Part shown: positions 1 to 9,692 of the stretch, piece after piece
How the letters are laid out: each line of letters begins with the position of its first letter
How positions within the stretch are numbered: position 1 is the stretch's first letter
The notes under the pieces: model-generated
Seen by the model: only the letters and a program-made list of their open reading frames with translations
The model's database searches: none
Told to the model about the DNA's origin: nothing
Source of the DNA: a virus
Virus record (IMG/VR): IMGVR_UViG_3300021197_001584
Coordinates: 1-64,000 of that record
Direction: 5' to 3' (one strand)
Length of the DNA: 64,000 bases
Translations under genes and position numbers: made by a program

Positions 1-71
1 GCTGCGACCGCTGATTGGTCGATTTCTCTTAGTTCAATTCCTGGGGACAAAAAGTCAAACTTGGTAGGCAT
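1..71 (-). CDS. Tail sheath protein (T4 gp18-like), 5' end only; runs off the window
   Basis: Reverse complement reads ATG..MPTKFDFLSPGIELREIDQSAVA, matching the (F/L)SPG(I/V)xxxE N-terminus of contractile sheath proteins. AAGGAG SD and the ACTATTTA motif lie upstream; it follows the neck genes. Not in the ORF track. Confidence 0.8.
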   Translation of the reverse strand, partial: MPTKFDFLSPGIELREIDQSAVA

Positions 72-105
72 TAAAAACTCTCCTTTTTAAAATTCATTTT
101 CCTAG

Positions 106-113
106 TAAATAGT
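106..113 (-). promoter_or_regulatory. Putative late promoter ACTATTTA (representative copy)
   Basis: The same octamer lies shortly upstream of starts at 2715, 3579, 7723, 10901, 32846, 34552, 34734 and 63096; variants at 15886, 19635, 29053, 40980 and 50947. Confidence 0.65.
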
Positions 114-130
114 GCTCTGAAACCTCAAAG

Positions 131-946
131 TCACAAATCTCGGTATTTCTCGCCGTTCTTATTCCACGGCTTTTCTTCACCCACAATGACGCGCTCTCTT
201 GAGATCTTGACTTCAACAATTGTTTCTTCTCTTTTGATGAATGGCTCTTGAGCCTCAACGCTAGATTGGTTGATGTATCCGAGCACTTTAATTTGGACTT
301 TTGCATTAAACATTCTTTCGTCTTGACCAAGGTTTGCTTGGTTGCTGTTGATTCCGTAGTCATCTTGGATGAAGGCTTCATACTGATAGCCGTTGTTCTC
401 GACGATAAAATAATTCTTAACACTGTTCATGAACAATGGTAGCACTTCATTCATCTGTTGTTGATATTCTGTTCTTATGTTGATCTCGAACATACATGTC
501 AAATAAGTGGGTTTTGGTATCGAAATTGTCTCGTAGACAATCTTTTTTGTAGAAACAGGTCCTGTATCATCACCTGTTTCCGCTCGCTTTCTAGAAGCGT
601 TTTGAAAATTCTGTGTTTTATCTTGTTGAATGACTTTTCGAATAACAATTCGTTCATCGTCTCCAACATAAGCAGCTTGCACGGATCCTTTAAATGCGTC
701 ATCTCTAGAGACAGATGTTCTAGAGATTGTAATCAATGGCAAACGAAGCTTTCCAACCTTGTCTCTCAACTCTTTGTTGTTCTTGATTTGGAAAGTTCTC
801 TCAGTTCCCATCCATAGGACGTTAACCTTCTCTGTTCCAGCATTTGTTCTGGTGTGAGGGCTTAGTGTCTCGTCAATAAAGCGATAGATTGCTGTATCGA
901 TGTTCTCAAGGGTTGAGGGGTGTGAGATTTCGTTGTTAGCCTGCAT
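131..946 (-). CDS. Tail completion / sheath stabilizer (gp15-like)
   Basis: 271 aa with LPLITISRTS motif; lies between the neck genes and the sheath, as in T4-like synteny. Confidence 0.55.
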   Translation of the reverse strand: MQANNEISHPSTLENIDTAIYRFIDETLSPHTRTNAGTEKVNVLWMGTERTFQIKNNKELRDKVGKLRLPLITISRTSVSRDDAFKGSVQAAYVGDDERIVIRKVIQQDKTQNFQNASRKRAETGDDTGPVSTKKIVYETISIPKPTYLTCMFEINIRTEYQQQMNEVLPLFMNSVKNYFIVENNGYQYEAFIQDDYGINSNQANLGQDERMFNAKVQIKVLGYINQSSVEAQEPFIKREETIVEVKISRERVIVGEEKPWNKNGEKYRDL

Positions 947-1421
947 TGAATAGTCCGTCTCTTGCTCTTATACATTCAGCTCCAACTTCAAATCTTGTTT
1001 CGGGTTGTCCAAACAGAATTTTTGGTTCAAGAAGCTTTACAATCTCGTAGAATATGCTTCCGAATCTTACGAAGTCACCTTCTCGGACAAACAAGTTCTG
1101 ATCTTCTGTCAATCTTCGCTTATGAAAGTTCACTTTGATCTTTGTTGCTTTGTCGAGAGCGATGTTCTCCATGTCGGAGGTCTCTACTCCTTGAAATTCA
1201 ACCAAAGCAAAGACTCTGATTGGATGCAAGAAGTTTTTCTCGATTGCTTCTCCATAAATAGGGTGGAAATCTGTCGATTCCACATCAATCGGAAAGTAAA
1301 GTACTTGTTGTCCAACGACTCTCTCGATAATCTCGTCGTTTATTTGTTTGACGAGGTCTTTTTCTTTCTCTCCAAAGAACATTGGAGATGGCGGTTGAGT
1401 TGGTCTTTCCCATTCTGACAT
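936..1421 (-). CDS. Neck / head-closure protein (gp14-like)
   Basis: 161 aa; GQQVLYF..HPIYGE..REGDFV pattern; adjacent to the gp13-like gene. Confidence 0.65.
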   Translation of the reverse strand: MSEWERPTQPPSPMFFGEKEKDLVKQINDEIIERVVGQQVLYFPIDVESTDFHPIYGEAIEKNFLHPIRVFALVEFQGVETSDMENIALDKATKIKVNFHKRRLTEDQNLFVREGDFVRFGSIFYEIVKLLEPKILFGQPETRFEVGAECIRARDGLFNAG

Positions 1422-1426
1422 CTATG

Positions 1427-2695
1427 TTACCCCACGAAGATCTTTAAAGGTGTTTTCCCTACAATAGCATCGGCATTGTCAACCATTGCTTTATCTGTCT
1501 CTGCTAATTTAGCATATAACATCTCGTCAAGTTGCTTGTTGAGTTCTTCTCGAAGGTTTTGTTGTTCTGTCGATGCTTGAGATAAAAGATCAGATGCATT
1601 CAATTGAATGTTGTCTCCGGGAATTGGCACGTTGCCACCGAACTTGCCTCGGATTTGTCCGAGAGTCTCTTTTGAAAGAGCCAAAGCAAAGCGTCGGATC
1701 CATTGCTTACCAATCGAGTTGATGCTTTCATAAGGAAGGTTCTCCATTGGCATGGTGTTCATGTTGTTTACACCATCGAGTCCTGAGTCATACTCTCCCT
1801 CTGTGAATGCTTGGTTTCCACCATCGATAGAGAATCTAAACCAAAAGGTTTTCTGAGTTACATTGTCTGGCATTGGGTAAAGTCTAAGCTTGTTGTCGAT
1901 GATCTCATAAGAATAGTGAGATGTTCTTGTGTAAAGGTGATCTTCATAAGCCATAGCTTGCAGCTTATTCTGCCAAGCAGGGATGACTTCAAAGGTAGAG
2001 CCGTCTGCATACTGTCCATAGTTATGGAAGTTACCAACGACGTTCAGGCCGCCATAGTATCCATAGAATCTCCACATCTGTCGAGGAGTCACGTAGTACA
2101 TTTGGCGAATCTTAATTCTATATTTCTTATCTCCGTCTCCAATTGCATCAGCAAAAGGTGGAGGGTTGACGGTGTCTGCTGCAAGATCCTCGACTATCTC
2201 CTGAAGATCATAATCTTGATTCAAAGGAGTGATGTCGAACGAAGCAGAGTAGATTGGCGTGGTTCCACCAACAACTGATTCTGTCGAGAACTTGTCTGCG
2301 ATCTTGAAAGCATAGTCAAACTGAAACTTTGGATATTTGAGAGCAACGTTCTCACCATCAGTGATGGCACCTGTCTCATCAAAAGACCCTGTAGGAGAGC
2401 CTAGAGCGCTCCCTAAGGCGTTTCTAGCTTGATGGAGGTTAACTATGTAAGAATACTCTAAACATGCCTCCTCGTAGTTGTTATAGACCTCCTTGGCGGT
2501 CAATTCAATGTCAAGGACATCTCCACCAAGTCTGTTGTAAGTGTATGCAACTTGTGATGCTGCTCCGTCTCGAAAGACACTGTCGTCCTTGTAGAAGCCA
2601 ATTGCCAATGATGTTTGAACATCTGCTGCGGTACCTTCGGATGGTAACGTAATTGCCGATGTTGTCGATGCCGGCGTTAATGTTGGGAAAGCCAT
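1427..2695 (-). CDS. Neck / head-tail adaptor (gp13-like)
   Basis: 422 aa; RLGGDVLDIEL at the N-terminus and QWIRRFALALSKETLGQIRGKF..IPG..LN at the C-terminus are typical of gp13-like proteins. Confidence 0.75.
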   Translation of the reverse strand: MAFPTLTPASTTSAITLPSEGTAADVQTSLAIGFYKDDSVFRDGAASQVAYTYNRLGGDVLDIELTAKEVYNNYEEACLEYSYIVNLHQARNALGSALGSPTGSFDETGAITDGENVALKYPKFQFDYAFKIADKFSTESVVGGTTPIYSASFDITPLNQDYDLQEIVEDLAADTVNPPPFADAIGDGDKKYRIKIRQMYYVTPRQMWRFYGYYGGLNVVGNFHNYGQYADGSTFEVIPAWQNKLQAMAYEDHLYTRTSHYSYEIIDNKLRLYPMPDNVTQKTFWFRFSIDGGNQAFTEGEYDSGLDGVNNMNTMPMENLPYESINSIGKQWIRRFALALSKETLGQIRGKFGGNVPIPGDNIQLNASDLLSQASTEQQNLREELNKQLDEMLYAKLAETDKAMVDNADAIVGKTPLKIFVG

Positions 2696-2728
2696 AGTAA
2701 ATCCTCCGTCTTACTAAATAGTCGAAAT

Positions 2729-2763
2729 AAAAGGAAACCCCCGAGCAACGAATCACTCGAGGG
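2729..2763 (-). terminator. Probable intrinsic terminator
   Basis: Minus-strand hairpin CCCTCGAG...CTCGGGGG followed by TTTCCTTTT, downstream of the 116-aa gene. Confidence 0.55.
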
Positions 2764-2786
2764 CAAGGAGGTTAAATGAAACAAAC

Positions 2787-3137
2787 TTAATTCTTTTTCT
2801 TGGAGGATTTGCGAGTTGTTTTCTTTTTGCGAGTTGCTTTCTTTTCCTTAACTTCTTCTACTGCTTCCTTTGTCTCTTCGACAATGTCTTCAGTAGTTGC
2901 TTTGACTTCTTCGATTGCTTCTTCGACTTTTTCAACAATCTCTTCAGCGATCTCTTCTGCTTTCTCTGCAGCTTCGACAACTTCTTCTTTTATTTCTTTT
3001 GCAATCTCTACAGCCTTTTCCGCTACTTCTTCAACGGTTTCGGTGATTGCTTGTTTTGCTTCGAGAGCAGCTTTGCGAGCAGCAAGAGCGCGTTCTCTAA
3101 TCATTTTTCTTTTCATTTTTTTTCTATTGCTAGCCAT
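2787..3137 (-). CDS. Small charged protein: basic termini, acidic helical core (possible nucleic-acid binder)
   Basis: 116 aa; K/R-rich ends and E/A/V/K-rich middle; AGGAG SD. Confidence 0.6.
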   Translation of the reverse strand: MASNRKKMKRKMIRERALAARKAALEAKQAITETVEEVAEKAVEIAKEIKEEVVEAAEKAEEIAEEIVEKVEEAIEEVKATTEDIVEETKEAVEEVKEKKATRKKKTTRKSSKKKN

Positions 3138-3155
3138 GTTATTCTCCTATCTTTA

Positions 3156-3557
3156 TTATGACTGTGCCCACGTTACGCCGTGAGTCATTCCTTGAACATA
3201 CCATTTGTCTCCATCGCAAATTAAATCAATGTAAGATCCACTTGCAGCGCCATTTGGTAATACGATGGTTGTCTCTGTGTTGTCACCAAGCGACAAGACG
3301 CCAACTCCACTATTGTCATAAATGACCACTCCTTCCATTGCTGGAAGTGTTAGTGTTAAGTCATATCCTGTTTCAGTTAGAATGATCTTCATGTAAGATC
3401 CTTTCTCAGAATAGTTCACTGTTAAAGTTACAGCATTGCTTGATGCATCAACAAATAGACAATATCCGCTGAGCTTATTAGAGATTGAAGAATCAGATGA
3501 GATGTTTTGAGTAAGCCATCGAGCGGCATTGAATGGTGTTCTTGCGATTTTAGCCAT
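3156..3557 (-). CDS. Small virion/decoration protein (beta-rich anchor-type domain)
   Basis: 133 aa; VDASSNAVTL..GSYIDLICDGDKWYV pattern, also seen in the N-terminus of the 1345-aa neighbour and the C-termini of the fibre proteins. Confidence 0.55.
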   Translation of the reverse strand: MAKIARTPFNAARWLTQNISSDSSISNKLSGYCLFVDASSNAVTLTVNYSEKGSYMKIILTETGYDLTLTLPAMEGVVIYDNSGVGVLSLGDNTETTIVLPNGAASGSYIDLICDGDKWYVQGMTHGVTWAQS

Positions 3558-3653
3558 TGTTTTAATTCCTTTTGTTATTAAATAGTTTGTTTATCAGAAG
3601 ATGGAGTGATTATTTCAACGCCAACTCCAGTTGTAAAATGGTTGGCGTAAGAA

Positions 3654-6600
3654 CTAGCATGCTCCATTACCAGCATTGTATCTTGTGGTCACCTCTGTGG
3701 GAGACAAGACTTGGTTCAAAACCTCCACTCTTGATATTTCACCATCGAAGAAGTCATATGGTCCGCTGTTGACATTGTTGATTGCACCAATATAGAGAGG
3801 TTGACCAGCCACATACCCAGTAGCAGCGGTGTTACCAGCATTTTGCTGATGGTAAAGTGAATTATCAACATATAGTTTTCTATTGGGACTCCCAAGGGTC
3901 CAGGTTACAACAATGTGATGCCATTGACCATTATTTAGACCATTTGGGCCATCGGTTTGAACGTTGGTCTGATTCGGAGTTCTGTATTGAAGTTTTCCAT
4001 TGTTCAATCCTATGAAAAATCCATTATTCCCAGCACCAGCAATGTGAGAAGAGATTATCCTACTAGTTGAATCTGATGTCTTGAACCACAGAGAGATGGA
4101 AATTGAGTCTGTATATCTAAAGCCATCAGAAACTGTAGCATAGTCACCATTCCCATCAAGATGTAAGGTGCAGTTTGCAATAGATGCATTATCAAACAGT
4201 GTTGCTGACTGCTCTATAAAAACAGGCAATGCTGCAGCTTCTGCAATAGTCATTTGGCGATCTGTTTGGTTGTAAATTGCGACGACTTGAGACTCTGCCA
4301 ATGCTGTCCCTGAAGCGATTTGCCATGAGTCGGATGAGTGATCCAAGGTGTTTCCACTAATATTTCCACCGCTAGAATATCCACCAATCCCAAATGTTCG
4401 ATCTGTTATCTTCTTAAGAAGATTGTTGCTTAAGTTTAGAGTTTCGCTTACTTTTTCTCCATTCACAAACATCTTCAAATCATGATTTGATGGATTTGAT
4501 GCATTTTGAGAATATGTTACAGCAAGGTGGTACCACTCACCCACGTTCAGTGCACTAGTGCTACTACCAAATTTTTGCTGATTATTAAAGAAAATGCATC
4601 GAAATTCTAGATTACCATTCCCCAATAAAGAAGTGGCGAGTCTAAATTCATTATTTGAATCTTGAGCATTACCTCCAACATATCTCCAATTGTTAGCCCA
4701 AGTTTGATCAGGTCTAAACCAAAAAGAAACAGTAAGCTCTTCGTCTACTCGCGTTCCGTCTGAATTAAAATCAACAACACCTTCTGTCTCCAAGTTAAAC
4801 GTGGCTCCATGTTGCCCGCCATGTCCATTGTTCCTAGAAAATATACCAGAAGAAACGGTCGCGTTACCAACGATTGCCAGCCCAGACAAGTCTTCTAGGA
4901 ATAGATCAGTTCGTTCTATTGTTATTTGATTATCGAAGCCTGCATTATATAAATCTGAGACTTCTTGATCTGTCCAAATAAAGTTATTAATCACCATGTT
5001 GGTCATCTTTCCTCTGAATGCTTCTCCTGCTCGGATTCCACCAGCGGTACCGGTACCGGTTCCAATGATTAATCCGTAAACATCATCTCCGTCTCTAAAT
5101 GGATCTGACTTGGAATTGAAGGTCACAGTGCTCCCAAGCTGTTGACCGTCGTAATAAAATTTCTTTTCTCCGTCGATGTTATCCCAAGTCAAGGTTAGCA
5201 TGTGCCATTGTTCATCATTCCAATCACCAGATGGTACTGCTTCATCGATTACTCCACCACTAGGTGTGATGACTCTAAATCCATTATATGGACTGCTTGT
5301 CTGGTTTCCTATTACGTGGGCAAATTTCTGATTTCCTGAATGTGCCCAACCAAGAGACACAAACTTGTTGACTGCATCTTGAGTATTTTCTGTTGATTTA
5401 ATCCAAAAACTAATAGATAAATAATCTTGATACATATATTCGGCAATGTCACCATTTATAATATATTCATCTTCCGTTATTTCCAGAATTGAATTGGTTA
5501 GTGTAGGCGACCCGACTATCGTAGAAGATGGATCGTTATAAACCTCGTCTATGATGCTGGCAATACCAACTTCTGATGTGCCCCCTCCTGCACCTGTGAC
5601 AGTGACACCACCAGTTGCTGAGCTTTGAGTCGACTCTTCATCAACAGAGTTGACGGTTGAGGCTTCAAAAGTGTATTCACCAGCACTCAATGTCAATGTT
5701 GCACTGAAAGTTCCGTTAGTGACTTGGAACTCTACGTCGACATTGTTCTCTTGGTAAACTTCTTCCAAGCCATTGCTGTCTGTGACATAGATTTTAACAC
5801 TAAGATTGTCGGCATAAGTTCCAGTAACGTCACCAATAACGACCGCCTCTAGAGAACTGGCTGTTGCTTCAATGTTTGTTGGGACAACTACTTGTGTAGA
5901 AACATTCACGGTTCTGGCTGCATTTGCAGAGTTGCCTGCGTTGTCTGTGGCGTTGTAGGTAACAGTGTAAGAGCCTTCTGCCGACAACACTTGTGCATCC
6001 CAGTTTGATGTCTGCGTTGCAACTCCTGATCGCGCATCTGAAACACTAAACCCAGCGTCGTTACTAGAATCGATGTTTCCTAGATAAACTGTTTGTGTTC
6101 CATCAGCCAATGTGATCTCTGGTGGAACACGGTCTACATTCAATTGGAAGCTTGCTGCTTGCGATTGGTGATGGTTCGGAAGAGTTGCCTTGACTGATAG
6201 CGATGTGACTGATTCATCTGCAACAGCAATGGTCGCTGACCATTGGCCATCAACAGCAACTGTTGGACCAGAAACTAGTGTCGCTGGATTTGCTCCATCA
6301 AATACTTCAATCGTTGCACCGATCTCTGTCGTCCCTAAGATCGTAAGTGAATTGCTGGTGTTTGTCCACACGCTCGTTTGTTCTCCGTCAACTCCAATAG
6401 TCGGTGTGTCCGTAACTGGCTGAACATGATTAAAAGCAGGGGAATATTCTCCGAAATCACTTAGGTTTGGATTGCCAACGCCGGCTTCGCTTGCTTGGGC
6501 TTTTAGTGTAAAAATTCCGTTGAAAGCAAGGACTATGGGTCCAATCGACCATTGACCAGTAACTGAATCTGAGACAACTGTGGGGCTTAATGGTTGATTG

Positions 6601-7691
6601 TCTCTAAATAAAGTAATCGTCTTGCCCGGCTCTGCTGTCCCATTCGCAGACAACTCATTTATGTTTGTAATAGAAGCTGCTAAAAATACTGGTGCTGCAG
6701 GTGGTGTGTCATCAACGATTGTTCCTGTCACAGTTTGAGAAACAGTAACTCCACCGTTAACAGCAGGGTCTGTGATTGAGTAGATGATGTCGAAAGTATC
6801 TCCATGAACTAGATTTTCGGTCCATGCATTGCTATCAACAGCTACGGTTATCTGTGTTCCATCGGGCTTAGCAGCACTGGCTCCTGATGCGAAATTAACA
6901 ACCTCCGCAGGATCTGGGGAAAATGCTGAAGGGACAGTGAAAGTGATCGGACCAGTGTCTCTAAAGAATGACCTATTTTGAACGCCGTTTCCTCTAGAAG
7001 TATTAAAGTCGAACGTGTAAGTCGCATTTGGAAGATCAGTTGCTCTCGTCACAGTCCAGCGACCTGTTGATGGTATTGTAATATCTATCGGAGTAATTGC
7101 TCCTCCGTCTTCAGTGATAGTTAAGGATGCACCAGGTTCGCCTTCACCTGAAAAAGTCAAGTCATGTCGTGCTTCCAGTGCACTTCCAACAAAACGAACA
7201 TCAGATGTTATTACAACATTAGTGATGTCTGCATAAGTAGGCCCCGTAGGCGTTGGCGTGTAAGTTGTAATAGTGCCACCTGCTCGAACATTTATTGTTC
7301 CACCTGTTGCAATAGACCAAATAAACCATTGATTCCCATTTGACAATGTCTGAATATAGCATCCATCTTTGACATCGCCTTCGAGAGTTATCTCATCGGT
7401 TCCAATTTGAATTGGATTAATTGACAATGATCCGTTATCAGTGTTGAGAACTAGACCTCTAAGGGATGCACCACTTGATGTTTTTAATGTGATATCTCCA
7501 GTCATCTCGGCTGTATTGATTATGTTGTAGGTGTAGGTCTTTGATAAATTTGGAAGTTTAATAAATAAATCATCTGATCCGATAGGGATCACAGTTTCTC
7601 CAAAGTTTTGATTTGGAGCCAGTTCCTTATTTGCTCTAGTTTTAGAAATGACGTTCTTAAATGATTTAACAGTTGATTTTGTAGACTTCAT
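3654..7691 (-). CDS. Large virion protein with Ig-like repeats and three LamG/concanavalin-like domains
   Basis: 1345 aa; Ig-like motifs (GTAEPG, VDRVPPEITL, YNATDNAGN); LamG motifs (SISFWIK..QWHMLTLTW, WYHLAVTY, QWHHIVVTW..FFDGEISRV). Confidence 0.75.
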   Translation of the reverse strand: MKSTKSTVKSFKNVISKTRANKELAPNQNFGETVIPIGSDDLFIKLPNLSKTYTYNIINTAEMTGDITLKTSSGASLRGLVLNTDNGSLSINPIQIGTDEITLEGDVKDGCYIQTLSNGNQWFIWSIATGGTINVRAGGTITTYTPTPTGPTYADITNVVITSDVRFVGSALEARHDLTFSGEGEPGASLTITEDGGAITPIDITIPSTGRWTVTRATDLPNATYTFDFNTSRGNGVQNRSFFRDTGPITFTVPSAFSPDPAEVVNFASGASAAKPDGTQITVAVDSNAWTENLVHGDTFDIIYSITDPAVNGGVTVSQTVTGTIVDDTPPAAPVFLAASITNINELSANGTAEPGKTITLFRDNQPLSPTVVSDSVTGQWSIGPIVLAFNGIFTLKAQASEAGVGNPNLSDFGEYSPAFNHVQPVTDTPTIGVDGEQTSVWTNTSNSLTILGTTEIGATIEVFDGANPATLVSGPTVAVDGQWSATIAVADESVTSLSVKATLPNHHQSQAASFQLNVDRVPPEITLADGTQTVYLGNIDSSNDAGFSVSDARSGVATQTSNWDAQVLSAEGSYTVTYNATDNAGNSANAARTVNVSTQVVVPTNIEATASSLEAVVIGDVTGTYADNLSVKIYVTDSNGLEEVYQENNVDVEFQVTNGTFSATLTLSAGEYTFEASTVNSVDEESTQSSATGGVTVTGAGGGTSEVGIASIIDEVYNDPSSTIVGSPTLTNSILEITEDEYIINGDIAEYMYQDYLSISFWIKSTENTQDAVNKFVSLGWAHSGNQKFAHVIGNQTSSPYNGFRVITPSGGVIDEAVPSGDWNDEQWHMLTLTWDNIDGEKKFYYDGQQLGSTVTFNSKSDPFRDGDDVYGLIIGTGTGTAGGIRAGEAFRGKMTNMVINNFIWTDQEVSDLYNAGFDNQITIERTDLFLEDLSGLAIVGNATVSSGIFSRNNGHGGQHGATFNLETEGVVDFNSDGTRVDEELTVSFWFRPDQTWANNWRYVGGNAQDSNNEFRLATSLLGNGNLEFRCIFFNNQQKFGSSTSALNVGEWYHLAVTYSQNASNPSNHDLKMFVNGEKVSETLNLSNNLLKKITDRTFGIGGYSSGGNISGNTLDHSSDSWQIASGTALAESQVVAIYNQTDRQMTIAEAAALPVFIEQSATLFDNASIANCTLHLDGNGDYATVSDGFRYTDSISISLWFKTSDSTSRIISSHIAGAGNNGFFIGLNNGKLQYRTPNQTNVQTDGPNGLNNGQWHHIVVTWTLGSPNRKLYVDNSLYHQQNAGNTAATGYVAGQPLYIGAINNVNSGPYDFFDGEISRVEVLNQVLSPTEVTTRYNAGNGAC

Positions 7692-7750
7692 CGATGTGCT
7701 CCGATTGTTTTTTTATTCTCAATAAATAGTCTTCCAAAGCCTTAAGAAAC

Positions 7751-7784
7751 AAAAAAACCCCAACTCCGAAGAGAAGGGGTTTTT
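7751..7784 (-). terminator. Intrinsic terminator after the major capsid gene
   Basis: AACCCC..CTTCGG..GGGGTT stem with UUCG loop and T7 tail on the minus strand. Confidence 0.75.
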
Positions 7785-7814
7785 GAGTTACCTAGAAAAG
7801 GACTAGGTTATGGC

Positions 7815-9674
7815 TCAGGGTTGACCTCCGTCAGCAGCACCAAGAAGGTCACGAACGATAACCAATCCGTACATATCCGGACGGACCATCTTCTTTCCGT
7901 AACGTGTCATGACACCTTTACGAGGAACGAAGTCTTCAGGTCCAAAGATAGTTGGAGTTGTTTGCAATGGCACGTATGGTGCATAAACATATCCACTTTC
8001 CAAGAAAGAAGAACCTTTACGTCCAACCAAGATAGCATTACGTGGGAAGTAAGGATCAACGATAACGTCGAACTTACGGTTCAAAGAACCAACCTTAACA
8101 GCACCGATGTCGCCTTTGTCAGCGTCAGCAGTAACGTTTGCACGGAAACCAGCAGTGAACTCAAGAATGTTTGCAACTTCAGGAGAAAGAACTACGAAGT
8201 TAGCGCCACCACGCAAAGTCTTGCGATGGATTTGTGCAGAAACGTCGTTGATAGTTTCGATCAAAGTTTCATACCATTCAGAAACAGTACCCGTGAAGTC
8301 AGGAGTAGTTGCTTGAGCGCCAATCTCAGCACCAGTCAAGCGATTAACGAAACGACCAGGAGCACGAGACCAGTAGAATGAACCAGCTGTTGCGCCGTTG
8401 ACCAAGTCACCCAAGATTTCGCGATCGATTTCCAAAGCAATTTGTTCAGACAAGATAGAAGTCAATTCAACTTCAGCATCCAAGTTGTGATAAGCGTTCA
8501 AGTCTTGTCCCAATTCAGGAGTCCACTTTGCTCTCAACTTTTTGGTCACTGCGGTGATTGCGATTGAGTCAACCTTGATGTCGATCTCTGGGATATCAGT
8601 GTTGTCTTCAAGGCCCCAGTTATCGATACCTTTTACAGAACCAAGAGCATTAGATCCAGTCAGTCCATCGATCATTGGGAATTCAATCTTACCCATTGCA
8701 GAAGTGGAAGTCCCAACAGTTCCAACATAGGCAGCGACAGCAGCACTAGCTTTACTTGCATCATCGGCACAAACATAGTAGAATGTGAAAGCATCTGCAT
8801 CAACATCGTATTCAGTCAGGCGACGAACTTGAGTAAAGTTAGTAACCGTTACAACATTCCCCGATGCATCAGTCAAGGCTGCTGCATGATTAGTTAGGTT
8901 CAATGGAGCAACGATTTGAGACAACATTTTCAAATTGATTTTGCTCTCTGATGATGATGAAATAGATTCAATTTGAGAACGAAGAACAGTCAAAGAAAGC
9001 AAGAAACCAGCATTAGGGTTTGCTTCAGCTGAAAATTCTCCAAGAACATCTGCATCCCATTGGATTGCCTTGAACGCTGTGACGTTAGGACCACTTGGAT
9101 CACTCAACAATTCAGCACCAGTCGCACCGGCCGTAAAACCATCAAAGGCAACAGCTGAAATTTGAGCACCAGCTGCTTTAGATCCAGTTGGTGAAGAATA
9201 AGCAGAACCAAGACCATATGGTTGAAGATCCATGGTTTCATTGTTCAACAAAACACCACCAGTGATCTGAGAAGCAATTCGTCCTTGACCATAAATTGAT
9301 TCGCGATCTTGACCGGATCGTGGAGACCCATCGGTGTCAGAAAAAGTGAAATCCATGAAGAAGATCAAACCAGAAGGCAAAGACATTGGTTGTACAGAAA
9401 CCAAATCGTTAGCAATCAATCCGGCGAATACACGACGAACGATTGGGAAAGCAACAGCAGCGAAACCTTCAACGTCGCCACCAGCCATAGTGTTAGACTC
9501 ACGCAATAATTCGCGAGCTTGATTTTCCAAAAGGCGAGCCATGCCAGCCTTTTGTTCGTCGCTAGACAAGCCTTCCAAAAGACCAGTCTGTGACCATTTA
9601 TTCAAAAGTGATGCACCTTCTTGTTGCATGTTGCGGTGTACCATCCCTTCTGTAAGAGTTTCGATAATTGACAT
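7815..9674 (-). CDS. Major capsid protein (T4 gp23-like)
   Basis: 619 aa; FPIVRRVF..VSVQPMSLPSGLIF, KLRAKWTPELGQDLNAYHNLDAEVELT, GYVYAPYVPL, GVMTRYG. Confidence 0.95.
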   Translation of the reverse strand: MSIIETLTEGMVHRNMQQEGASLLNKWSQTGLLEGLSSDEQKAGMARLLENQARELLRESNTMAGGDVEGFAAVAFPIVRRVFAGLIANDLVSVQPMSLPSGLIFFMDFTFSDTDGSPRSGQDRESIYGQGRIASQITGGVLLNNETMDLQPYGLGSAYSSPTGSKAAGAQISAVAFDGFTAGATGAELLSDPSGPNVTAFKAIQWDADVLGEFSAEANPNAGFLLSLTVLRSQIESISSSSESKINLKMLSQIVAPLNLTNHAAALTDASGNVVTVTNFTQVRRLTEYDVDADAFTFYYVCADDASKASAAVAAYVGTVGTSTSAMGKIEFPMIDGLTGSNALGSVKGIDNWGLEDNTDIPEIDIKVDSIAITAVTKKLRAKWTPELGQDLNAYHNLDAEVELTSILSEQIALEIDREILGDLVNGATAGSFYWSRAPGRFVNRLTGAEIGAQATTPDFTGTVSEWYETLIETINDVSAQIHRKTLRGGANFVVLSPEVANILEFTAGFRANVTADADKGDIGAVKVGSLNRKFDVIVDPYFPRNAILVGRKGSSFLESGYVYAPYVPLQTTPTIFGPEDFVPRKGVMTRYGKKMVRPDMYGLVIVRDLLGAADGGQP

Positions 9675-9692
9675 TTTAAAATCTCCTTAAAA

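Noticed and set aside
2765-2790. Plus-strand AAGGAGGT followed by ATG AAA CAA ACT TAA (MKQT)
   Set aside because: Only four codons and no plus-strand promoter; treated instead as a minus-strand anti-SD-like tract.
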